Source: an uncultured delta proteobacterium (GTDB taxonomy: Bacteria > Myxococcota_A > Polyangia > Polyangiales > Polyangiaceae). From it: DNA of 64,000 nt. The notes below the pieces were generated by a model that was not told the DNA's origin, did no database searches, and was given only the letters and a program-made list of their open reading frames with translations. Position numbers and translations under genes: made by a program. Shown here in pieces: positions 11,181-22,208 of the stretch (position 1 is its first letter; each line of letters opens with the position of its first letter). The stretch spans positions 5,184,001-5,248,000 of the forward strand of contig CAWDXG010000004.1 in the NCBI GenBank assembly GCA_963806225.1. Direction: 5' to 3'.

Positions 11181-11919
11181 ATGGAGTCCAAGCTCCGCCT
11201 CGAGATCCTCCCGCAGCCCGACGACAGCACGTGCGGGCCCACGTGTCTGCACGCGGTCTACCGGTACTTCGACGATCACATCGGGCTCGACGAGGTGATA
11301 GCGGACACCCCGGCGCTCGTGGGCGGCGGCACGCTGGCCGTGCTCCTCGGCTGCCATGCGCTGGCGCGCGGATACCGAGCGACGATCTACACCTACAACC
11401 TGCAGGCGTTCGACCCGACGTGGTTTGCTTCCGACAGCGTCGATGTGCGGAAGAAGCTTCTGGCCCAGGCGGACGCAAGGCCGGACGAGAAGCTCCGCAC
11501 CGCGACGCGCGCCTACGTCCAGTTCCTCGAGAGCGGTGGGCAGTTGCGCTTCGAGGATCTGACCGCGGCCCTCATCCGACGCTATCTCAACAAGCAGCAT
11601 CCCGATCCTGACCGGACTGAGCGCGACCTATCTGTATCGTTCCGCGCGCGAGCGCGGGACAAGCTTCGATGACGTTGCCGGCACGCCGACGGGTCACTTC
11701 GTCGTGCTGTGCGGCTATCACAAGACCGACCGCAAGGTGCTCGTGGCCGACCCCTGGGCGGCGAATCCGGTGTCCAGCTCCCACCAGTACTGGGTCGACA
11801 TCGGTCGTCTGGTCAATTCCATACTTCTCGGCATCCTCACGTACGACGCCAATCTGCTGGTGATCGAACCTGGGCGGAACAGGGGAGGGGAGCGTGCGGG
11901 CTCTCATCGTCGTCGATAA
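11181..11919 (+). CDS. Peptidase C39-like (papain-fold) protein (frameshift near 11597)
   Basis: QPDDSTCGPTCL (Gln/Cys), GHFVVLCGY (His), VADPW (Asp). Confidence 0.8.
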
Positions 11920-13370
11920 TCCGAAGGCGTGGCCGTTCGAGATCCCGGGCCTGGAAGTGATCGGGGCGCGCGCCTACCTCACGCAGCCCGAGTTCAGCGA
12001 GCTGCGTGGCGCCAAGGTGTTCAACCTGTGCAAGTCGTACCGCTACCAGAGCCTCGGCTACTACGTGTCGCTCCTGGCAGCCGCGCGGGGCCACAAGCCG
12101 GTCCCCACCGTCGCCACCATCCAGGAGCTCAAGGCGACGGAGATCGTGCGCATACGCTCCGACGAGCTCGACGAGCTGATCCAGAAGAGCCTGGCGCCGA
12201 TCCAGTCGGACCACTTCGTGCTCAGTATCTACTTCGGGCAAGAACCTGGCCAAGCGCTACGACCGGCTCGCGGCGCATCTGTTCAAGCTGTTCTACGCGC
12301 CGCTGCTCCGGGCGAGCTTCGTCCGCTCGCGGAGCAGCAGGCAGTGGTACCTGTCGAGCATCTCGCCGATCCCGGCTGGAGAGATCCCCGCGACCCACCA
12401 CGAGTTCGTGCTCGAGGTGGCTCTCGACTATTTCCAGGGACGTCGCTGGAACGCGCCCAAACGGCGGGTTTCCCGCTACGAGCTCGCGATCCTCTTCGAT
12501 CCCGAGGACGAGGAGCCGCCCTCCGACGAGCGCGCGATCCAGAAGTTCATCAAGGCGGCGCAGCATCTGGGGATGAGCGCATGGGTCATCGGCAAGGACG
12601 ACTACGCGAGCCTTGCCGAATACGACGCGCTCTTCATCCGCGAGACCACGAACGTCAACCACCACACCTACCGCTTCGCGCGACGGGCGTTCGCCGAAGG
12701 CATGGTGGTGATCGACGACCCCGACTCCATCCTGCGTTGTACCAACAAGGTGTACCTGAAGGAGCTGCTCGACCGGTACAAGGTGCCGGCGCCGAAGACG
12801 GTTGTCCTGCATCGAGACAACCTCGAGACTGTCGCCGCAACGCTGGGTCTGCCGTGCATCCTCAAACAGCCGGACAGCGCCTTCTCCCAGGGCGTCGTGA
12901 AGGTGGGCGACGCGGACGAGCTGATGCGCGAGGCCGAACGTCTCCTGTTGAAGTCGGAGCTGGTGATCGCCCAGGAGTTCGTGCCGACGGAGTTCGACTG
13001 GCGCGTGGGCATCATCGACGGCGAGCCGCTGTGGGTCGCCAAGTACTACATGGCGCACAAGCACTGGCAGATCATCAAGAACCAGAAGGGCGGACGGCGC
13101 TACGGGCGCGTGGAGGCGGTCGCTCTGGAAGAGGCGCCCGAGCCCGTCGTCAAGACCGCGCTGCGCGCGGCGTCGCTGATTGGCAACGGGCTGTATGGCG
13201 TGGATCTCAAGGAGTACGGCAAGCGCGTGTTCGTCGTGGAAGTGAACGACAATCCATCGCTGGAGGCCGGCTACGAGGACGCCGTGCTCAAGGATGCGTT
13301 GTACGAACGCATCATGGCGGTCTTTCTCAAGCGGTTGGAGGCGCGGCAGCAGGGACGGGAAGTGCGATGA
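11894..13370 (+). CDS. RimK-like ATP-grasp ligase with N-terminal extension (frameshift near 12240)
   Basis: FNLCKSYRYQSLGYYVSLLA N-domain; LFIRETT, CTNKVY, ILKQPDSAFSQGV, QEFVPTEFDWR, YGVDLK, EVNDNPS. Confidence 0.88.
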
Positions 13371-14660
13371 ACGGCGCGCCCACGGACAGCCCCGCGAGCA
13401 CAAAGCCAGGCGCGGAGCAGAGCCCGCGCCTGGGACTCTTCGAGGGCTATGGCGTCGAGGTCGAGTACATGATCGTCGATCGTGATGGACTCGGTGTCGC
13501 GCCGATCAGCGACGAGCTCATCAAGTCCGTTGCCGGTTGCTACGAGTCCGAGGTCGAAATGGGCGAGCTCAGCTGGTCGAACGAGCTCGTTCTGCACGTC
13601 ATCGAGCTGAAGACGAACGGGCCGGCGGCCGCGCTCGAACCCCTGCCGCGGCTGTTCGCGCGCGACGTGACCCGCATCGACCGACTGCTCGCCGCCCGCG
13701 GCGCCCGGCTGATGCCGACCGCGATGCATCCGCTGATGGATCCGGCGAGGGAAACCCGGCTCTGGCCCCACGAGTACAGCGAGGTCTACGAGAGCTTCGA
13801 CCGCATCTTCAGTTGCCAGGGTCACGGCTGGTCCAACCTGCAGAGCGTGCATATCAACCTGCCGTTCTCCGGCGACGAGGAATTCGGGCACCTGCACGCG
13901 GCGATCCGTCTGGTGTTGCCGATCCTTCCCATGTTGGCGGCCAGCTCGCCGATCGTGGAAGGCAGGGCCACGGGGCTCTGTGACAACCGGCTCGAGTACT
14001 ATCGCCAGAACTGCCGGCGTGTTCCCTCCGTGACCGGGCACGTGATTCCGGAACCGGCCTTCACGCGCGCCGACTACGAGCGGGGGATCCTCGATGCCAT
14101 CTTCGCGGGACATTGCACCGCTCGACAACGAAGGCGTCCTCGAGGCGGAATGGGTCAACGCGCGAGGCGCTATCGCGCGTTTCGTGCGCGACAGCATCGA
14201 GATACGCGTGCTCGACGTGCAGGAGTGCCCGATCGCCGATCTGGCCGTGGTGGCCGCCGTGGTGGCGCTGACGCGCGGGCTCGCCGAGGAGCGCTGGGCG
14301 TCCGGCGAGGTGCAGCGCGGCTTCGCCGTCGAGCGCCTCGAGGCCATCCTGCTCGAAGGCGTGCGCCACGGCGGGCGCGCCGTGGTCGACGACCCGCAGT
14401 ACCTGGCGGCGCTGGGTCTGGATGCGGGGCGCCTCACTGGCAGCGAGCTCTGGCAGCGCCTGCTGCAGCGCCTGCTCGGCGAAGGTCTGCTCGGCGACCT
14501 GGAACAATGGCGGATGCCGCTCGACCTGATGACACGCCAGGGTACGCTGGCCGAGCGCATCGTGCGCGCCGCCGGGCCTGAACCCGCGCGGGAACGCATC
14601 CTCGAGATCTACGAACAGCTGTGCGACTGCCTCGCGCAGGACCGGCTATTTTCGCTGTGA
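13367..14660 (+). CDS. Glutamate-cysteine ligase family 2 (carboxylate-amine ligase; frameshift near 14107)
   Basis: GVEVEYMIVD, NELVLHVIELKT, PTAMHP, NLQSVHINL, ASSP, NARGAIARF, IEIRVLD; ATGA overlap with the upstream gene. Confidence 0.87.
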
Positions 14661-15359
14661 GCGGTATGGCCGTCGTCGTGACGTGCGAGCACGCGTCGAA
14701 GCACGTCCCCGCGCGCTACCGGTCGCTGTTCGCAGGGCACGAGCGGCTGCTCGAGAGCCACCGCGGCTACGACAAGGGCGCGCTCCCGCTTTCGCGCGCC
14801 ATCGCCCGGGCGCTCGGTGCGGATGCGATGTTCGGCAGGAATTCGCGGCTGCTGATCGATCTGAACCGATCGCTTTCGCATCCCGGGCTTCTGTCGCGCT
14901 TCACGAAAGTCCTGTCGGCGGAAGAAAAGCAGGCGCTGGTCGACCAGTGCTACCGGCCTTTCCGCGAGAGCGTCCAGCGCCGGATAGCGTGGCATCTGGC
15001 GGCAGGCCGGCCTGTGCTGCACCTCTGCGTGCACTCGTTCACGCCGGTGTTGTGCGGCAGGCGACGCAATGCCGATGTCGGGTTGTTGTACGACCCTGCG
15101 CGGCACGTCCGAGCGCGAGCTGGCGCTTTCGCTCGGACGCGCGCTGTCGGAGCGGGGGCTGGTCGTGCGACGCAACTACCCCTATCGCGGCACCGCCGAC
15201 GGACACACGACGGCGCTCCGGCGCGCATTTCCCGACGGCTACACCAGCCTCGAGCTGGAGCTGAACCAGCGGCTCACCGGTGATGCCGCGCGCTTTTCCG
15301 GCGTGCGGCGCGAGATCGCCGGGGCGCTTTGCGAGGTGCTCGACGAGCCCGGGAGGTGA
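14657..15359 (+). CDS. N-formylglutamate amidohydrolase family protein (frameshift near 15102)
   Basis: TCEHAS, HRGYDKGA, SRLLIDLNR, VHSFTP, RRNYPY, ELELNQ. Confidence 0.87.
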
Positions 15360-15374
15360 GCCTGGTTCAGCCAG

Positions 15375-16037
15375 CTAGGCGAGCAATTCCGCAGGTACGG
15401 CCAGGCGCTCGAGCGCTTCGCGGAAGTCGGGAGGCAGCGGCGCTCGTACCGTGACGCTGCCCGTGCGCGCCGGCAGGGTGAGCTCGGCAGCGTGCAGTCC
15501 GAGGCGCGTGAGCCCGGCTTCGGCGCGCACCTTGCGGTTGAACCAGCCTGTTCCGTAGTTGCTGTCGTTGGCGATGGGGTGGCGCAGGTGCGCCAGATGC
15601 CGGCGGATCTGGTGGAAGCGTCCCGTGCGCGGGCGCGCCTCGACGAGGGAGAACCAGCTTCCCGCGTAGAGCCGACAAAGCTCGGTCACGGCCGCGACGC
15701 GCTCCTTTCCCTCGCCCTTCGGGATCGCGTAGTCGACGACCGCGTGCAGCTCGGGCTCGCCGCGCGCGAGCGCCAGGTAGCGCTTCTTCACCTCGCCGCG
15801 CTCGAAAGCCGCGTGCAACGCGCGGGCTGCGTCTTCGCTGAGCGCGAAGGCGAGCGCGCCGCTGGTCCCGCGATCGAGCCGATGCAGCGGCCATACGCGC
15901 GCGCCGATGGCGTCGCGTGCCCGCGTCATGGCAACGTCGCGATCCGGCGCCAGCTCGCTCCGGTGCGTCAGAAGCCCCGCGGGCTTGTCGACCACGAGCA
16001 GCTCCTCGTCGCGGTAGAGGACGGAGAGGCGCCTCAC
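15375..16037 (-). CDS. RluA/TruC-family pseudouridine synthase
   Basis: VVDKPAGL, HRLDRGTSG, TGRFHQIRRH, LGLHA; GTG start overlaps the aat stop. Confidence 0.9.
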   Translation of the reverse strand: MRRLSVLYRDEELLVVDKPAGLLTHRSELAPDRDVAMTRARDAIGARVWPLHRLDRGTSGALAFALSEDAARALHAAFERGEVKKRYLALARGEPELHAVVDYAIPKGEGKERVAAVTELCRLYAGSWFSLVEARPRTGRFHQIRRHLAHLRHPIANDSNYGTGWFNRKVRAEAGLTRLGLHAAELTLPARTGSVTVRAPLPPDFREALERLAVPAELLA

Positions 16038-16744
16038 GGGGTGGCCACCGGTTCGACGACCAGGGACAGGTCGTGGAGATCCACGTGCTTGTCGCGGGCC
16101 TCGGCGAGGCGCTCGAGGTACTCGCTGCGGGAGATCTCGCGTGCGCCCAGCGACTCGAGATGCGAGGTCGAGAACTGCACGTCGAACAGCTCGATGCCGG
16201 CCGGAAACAGGCTCTGCACTGCCACGATCAGCGCGACCTTCGACGCATTCGTGCGGCGGTGGAACATGCTCTCTGCGGCGAACAATCCGCCGCGGTGCAC
16301 GCCGTAGAGCCCGCCGACGAGCTCGCCGCCCTGCCACACCTCGAAGCTGTGCGCGTGGCCGAGCCGGTGGAGCTCTGCGTATGCCGTCACCATCTCCGGT
16401 AGGATCCAGGTTCCTTCCTCGCGCTCGCTGCCACACGCGCGCATCACGTCCAGAAACGCCCGATCGAATGAAACCTCGAACGATGCCTGACGCAGCACGC
16501 GCCGCATGCTGCGCGAGACGTGCAACCGCTCGAGCTCGAAAATGGTGCGTGGATCGGGGCTCCACCACAGCGGCGGCAGCCCCACGTCGTGCCAGGGGAA
16601 GATCCCGTGATCGTAGGCGAGGAGCAGGCGCTCGGCGGACAAGTCCCCGCCCACTGCGAGTAGCCCTTCCTCGTCCGCGACGGCGGGATCCGGAAAGACC
16701 AGAGGCCCCCCCGGCGGAATCAACAGGGGCCGCGTCCGGCGCAT
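16034..16744 (-). CDS. aat: Leucyl/phenylalanyl-tRNA--protein transferase
   Basis: GLLAVGGDL, GIFPW, WWSPDPR, AHSFEVW, ESMFH, ASKVAL. Confidence 0.95.
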   Translation of the reverse strand: MRRTRPLLIPPGGPLVFPDPAVADEEGLLAVGGDLSAERLLLAYDHGIFPWHDVGLPPLWWSPDPRTIFELERLHVSRSMRRVLRQASFEVSFDRAFLDVMRACGSEREEGTWILPEMVTAYAELHRLGHAHSFEVWQGGELVGGLYGVHRGGLFAAESMFHRRTNASKVALIVAVQSLFPAGIELFDVQFSTSHLESLGAREISRSEYLERLAEARDKHVDLHDLSLVVEPVATP

Positions 16745-16837
16745 GCGTCAGTGGATAGCGCGGCCCCGCCGCGTCTGCCATCCTCGCGGCTCTGGATCGG
16801 GCTCGGATGGCGTTGTGTGGGGCGCCCTGGCTGACGC

Positions 16838-17461
16838 TCAGCCCATCGCCGTTAGCGTGGCGGCGACGCCTTGGTAGCCGCCGAAGAACCACGTCCACCA
16901 GCCGAGCATCATGATCATGTGGCCCGTGAAGATGCCGACGTGGCTCCACATCTCGACGCGGTCGGCCTGCTGCCGTACGTAGCGCCGCCAGTGGAAGGCC
17001 TCGTCGATGACGCTGTACATGAACGAGAGCACCGTCAGCACCATCGCCGGGATCCACAGCGCTCCGGGGCGCGCGTACGCGGCCGCAAGCAGCACCGAGC
17101 TGCCGATGCCGTTGAAGATCGTGATGCCGTGGACGAGCCCCTCGGCCTCGCTGATCTCCTCCTTGTAGACGGTGCGGTGACCGATGCTGTCGATCGCGAT
17201 GCTGATCGTGAACACCAGCGCTCCGGCCGGCACCATCCAGGCCTCTGCGGGGTAGCGGACTCCCTTCGCGTGGCCGAACAAGAGGAAGCCGCCGGTGGAA
17301 GCGACCAGTCCGACCATCAGCCCGACCCAGGAGATGTAGACGGCCCAGTCGTTCTTCTGGAACTGCCGCATGCGGCCGACGTAGACGGCCACTTCGCGCA
17401 GGAAATGCCCGGAAGCCGGCGCGGCGCGCGGAGCGGAGCTAGTAGCGGATAGCGATGACAT
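16838..17461 (-). CDS. Uncharacterised multi-pass membrane protein, last gene of the crt operon
   Basis: About 5-6 hydrophobic segments; start overlaps the crtB end; duplicated DxxxH...ExxxH motif. Confidence 0.75.
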   Translation of the reverse strand: MSSLSATSSAPRAAPASGHFLREVAVYVGRMRQFQKNDWAVYISWVGLMVGLVASTGGFLLFGHAKGVRYPAEAWMVPAGALVFTISIAIDSIGHRTVYKEEISEAEGLVHGITIFNGIGSSVLLAAAYARPGALWIPAMVLTVLSFMYSVIDEAFHWRRYVRQQADRVEMWSHVGIFTGHMIMMLGWWTWFFGGYQGVAATLTAMG

Positions 17462-18385
17462 CGGAGTACCTCGTCAGGGGCAGGCGCGGCGCTCTCTTGA
17501 AGCGCCGCCTGGCGCGAGCCGGCAGCTCGGCCAGAGTCAAGAACGCCGCCTTGGCGGTCAGCCAGAGCTTCATCCAGGTGGGGACGATCGCGCGCCCGGC
17601 GAGCACGTCGTACTGCTGCTCCGCCAGGCGGCGGCCGATGGCGGCGTACACGAGCCGTGCGGTGCGCACGGCGAAAGCCGCCCGGAGGGGAAGTGCGGGC
17701 AGGCCCCGGTCGCCAGAGCGATAGTAGCGATCGGCCAGCGCCAAAAGGTCCGCGATGGCTCGCGACAGCGGACCACGGGCGGAAGCGGGCAGCGGTCGGC
17801 CCAGCTCGCTGTCGAGCCCGGGTGTGCCGAGCCGCGCCAGCAGCTCGTCCGGAATGTAGAGGCGCCCGCGTTGCCAGTCTTCCGCCACGTCGCGGCAGAT
17901 ATTGGTGAGCTGCATTGCGATGCCCAGGTGCGCGGCGTACTGGAGCGCGCGCGGGCTCCTGACGCCGAGCACGTGGCACATCATCAGGCCCACAGTGCTC
18001 GCCACGCGGTAGCAGTAGACCACGAGCTGCTGCACGCTCTGGTAGCGCTGCCCGACCGTGTCCATGCGCAGCCCCTCGAGCAGTTCCCCCGGATAATGCG
18101 CCGGGATGTGCCGGCGTTCGACCACCTGCTGGAACGCGGCGAGCTGCGTCTGGCTTTGCGGCGCGCCGGCGTAGACGTCGTAGAGCTCGCGCTCCAGCCC
18201 TGCGAGGCGCGCGCGCTGCTCGCCGGGTGGCGCCTCGTCGATGGCATCGTCCGCTCGGCGGCACCAGGCGTACAGCACGGCCGCCTCGTCGCGGCTCCCG
18301 GCGGGAAGCAGCCGGGCGGCGAGCGAGAAGCTCCGGCTGTGCGCCGCAAGCGTCTGCCGGCACTGGACGATCGCGTCGGACGAAG

Positions 18386-18389
<4 letters not shown>
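17439..18389 (-). CDS. crtB: Phytoene synthase
   Basis: SRSFSLAA, YAWCRRADDAID, YCYRVASTVG, MQLTNICRDVAED, GRLYIP. Confidence 0.95.
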
Positions 18390-19904
<1,515 letters not shown>

Positions 19905-19912
<8 letters not shown>

Positions 19913-20942
19913 AGCTCTGCTCCAGTTTCTCGATCTCCTGCGCCAGCAGGTCGATGACCGCGGAAGGACCGACGGCGCGCTCCAGATCCCGAAGCGCGCT
20001 TCCCAGATGCTGTTGGACGTGGAAGCGGCCGCGGATCGCAATGTGCTCGCGCAGCGCTTCGGCCAGGTACTCGGGATGCAGGTTGCGCGCCTGCACGTCA
20101 CGGGACATGGTCGAGAGCCGCGCGAAGCCGATCTCGTCCAGATCGCGGGCCGCCCAGGCCCACGGCCACGTGGGTCGTCCGAGAAGCAGATCCTCGTGCC
20201 CCTTGTGGCAGCGCTTCTCGCTCGTCAGTCCGCCGAGGTCGTCGAGCATCTGCAGCCCGGTTCCGAGCCGCATGCCGAACTCTGCGATCGCCTGGGCGCG
20301 CGCGGAAGGCGCGCCGGCAGCGATGGCTCCAATCGCAGCTGCCAGCTCCATCAGAGCACCGGTCTTGAGCGAGGTCGTGACCTCGACCACCCGCGCTACG
20401 TCGCGCTGCGACAGCCCGCCGACGCGCGCCGACAGGTCCAGTGCCTGGCCGCTGTGGCAGCGGAGCAGCGTCTGGCTGATCGTGCGATAGAGGGCCAGGC
20501 GCGCCTCGGGTGCGACGTCGAGCCGCTCGATCAGCGACATCGGCCAGAAGTAGAGCCAGTTGCCGGCGTTGAGTGCGCGCGGCAGCCCATACGTGCAGTG
20601 CAGCGCGGGCTCGCCGCGGCGATAGGCCGAGCCGTCTTCGATGTCGTCGACGATGAGCGAGCCCGCGTGCAGGAGCTCCACGATGAGCGGCAGCTCCGCT
20701 GGCGGCGTCTCGCTTCGACCGCCGAGTCTAAAGGCAGCGCCGACCAGTCGCGCCCGGAATTCCTTGCCGGGGCGTCCGAGGAAATCGCGCAGCGGACCGT
20801 AGAGCGCCTCCCGCCACAGCTCCCACGGCATGGGATCTCCATCCAGCGCGAGCAGGGCCTCGAGCGAAGCCGGATCGAACTGCCGGTCGAGAAGGTCGAC
20901 CACCGGGGACGTTGGTTCCAGCTTGAATGCAGCGTTGGTCAT
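19905..20942 (-). CDS. crtE: Polyprenyl (GGPP) synthase
   Basis: GKEFR, ELLHAGSLIVDDIED, RRG, GQALD, KTGAL, QMLDD; embedded in the crt operon. Confidence 0.88.
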
Positions 20943-22120
20943 ATCGACATACCTCGTGTCAGCGCTCTACCGAGCGAGATGTGGCGCGGTGGCCTGCCGC
21001 ACAGGATCCGGGTGCGATCGCCCGGGGTCGTGGTCATCGCGTAGAAGCGCCGGATGGTCGCTTCGGGCAGCCGGTAGAAGCGCTCGAGCGCGTTCCAGCG
21101 GTCTTCGGGCGCGAACGCGCCGAACAGCATCCGGTTCAGGAACAGCGCGTAGCGGCTCTGGCGCTTCTGCTCGCTGACGAGTCGCTGCCAGCCGTCGCCG
21201 AACAGCGTGTCCGGCGTGGTGCTGGCGACGTGTTCGGCGAGTCGCAGCGCGACGGGAAACGAATAGCCGGTGGTCGGGTGGAACCAGCCGCCCTGGAAGC
21301 CGGCGACGAGCGGTCCGCGATCGAGCGGGCGGCGCGCCCCGCGGCGCGGCAGCGGCAGGACGCCGATCTCCTCGCGCGCGATCGTGTCGATGTGCAGACC
21401 GGCGCGGAGCGCATAGGCGATGACCTCGCTGCGGAGCCCGGCGATGTCGAGCTCCGGCGTGTCGGAGAAATACGTGTCTTCGACCAGCACGCGCTGCTCG
21501 TCGAGCGGCAGCACGTAGAAGAACCGGAATCCGTCTTTCTGCGGGACTTGCGCATCCATCAGGATCGGATGCTCGAGCCCGCTCGGCCTTCCCAGCTCGA
21601 GCTCGAGTCCGAAAAACTTCTGGTACGCGACGGGTCCCTCGTTCCTGTAGCCGCCCGGCCCGCGCGCATCGACGACGACGCGTGCGTCGAGCCGGCGCCC
21701 GTCCGCGAGGATCACACGGCCCTCGTCGACCTCCACCGCCTCGGCCTGCCGCAGGAGCAGCGCATTGTCCGAAGCCGCGATGCGCCGTTCGACCACGCGT
21801 CGCAGGCGGTCGCTGCTCACGGCCGCGTAGTCGTGGTCGAGCGTGCGCTGGAGGTTCGGGAAGCGCACCTCGTAGCCGGACCAGCGCTGCTCGACGAGCG
21901 GTTCGACCAGCTTGCGCGCAGCGGGTGTCACGTCGTCGACGTGGAAGCACCAGGTGTGGTTGCCGCCCAGCACGCCGTCGCGCTCCACCAGCACGAGCCG
22001 TGCGTCGGGCTGCCGGTCCAGCAGCGCCAGGGCGATCAGCGCGTTCTGCAGGCCCCCACCCACCAGGATGTAGTCGAACCGGTTGTCGCCCTCGAAAGAC
22101 CCCATTTGTGTGGTGTTCAT
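20939..22120 (-). CDS. crtY: Lycopene beta-cyclase (CrtY type)
   Basis: VGGGLQN, GGNHTWCFH, YQKFFG, PILMDA, FRFFYVLP, VEDTY, FHPTTGYS, RFYRLP. Confidence 0.93.
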   Translation of the reverse strand: MNTTQMGSFEGDNRFDYILVGGGLQNALIALALLDRQPDARLVLVERDGVLGGNHTWCFHVDDVTPAARKLVEPLVEQRWSGYEVRFPNLQRTLDHDYAAVSSDRLRRVVERRIAASDNALLLRQAEAVEVDEGRVILADGRRLDARVVVDARGPGGYRNEGPVAYQKFFGLELELGRPSGLEHPILMDAQVPQKDGFRFFYVLPLDEQRVLVEDTYFSDTPELDIAGLRSEVIAYALRAGLHIDTIAREEIGVLPLPRRGARRPLDRGPLVAGFQGGWFHPTTGYSFPVALRLAEHVASTTPDTLFGDGWQRLVSEQKRQSRYALFLNRMLFGAFAPEDRWNALERFYRLPEATIRRFYAMTTTPGDRTRILCGRPPRHISLGRALTRGMSI

Positions 22121-22171
22121 GGTTTGTCCAATTGTTGTCTAAGTTATGATCATGCGCCTCCAGTTCGTCAA
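22114..22171 (-). promoter_or_regulatory. sigma70-type crt promoter overlapped by CarH/CarA-like 11-bp direct repeats
   Basis: Minus strand TTGACG (22171-22166)-17 nt-CATAAC (22148-22143). Plus strand TGTnnA at 22114, 22125 and 22136, and TGATCA at 22147. Confidence 0.65.
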
Positions 22172-22179
22172 TGCCCTCC

Positions 22180-22201
22180 CGGACATTTGTGTAAATGTCC
22201 G
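22180..22201. promoter_or_regulatory. Perfect inverted repeat in the crtY/ABC1 divergent region
   Basis: CGGACATTT-GTGT-AAATGTCCG (9-4-9). Confidence 0.55.
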
Positions 22202-22208
22202 AAATGAC

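Noticed and set aside
11894..14581. 895-aa apparent RimK-GCS2 fusion
   Set aside because: The middle is off-frame sequence; the real RimK C-terminus is in ORF 12408..13370 and the ligase starts at 13367.
683..15359. Programmed ribosomal frameshifting in pho/pst genes
   Set aside because: No slippery heptamers seen at the breaks, too many unrelated genes affected, and none of these families is known to me to use recoding.
16838..17461. Rhodopsin or Blh/Brp retinal enzyme next to the crt genes
   Set aside because: Too short, with no seventh-helix retinal Lys motif and no recognisable Blh pattern; kept as unknown.
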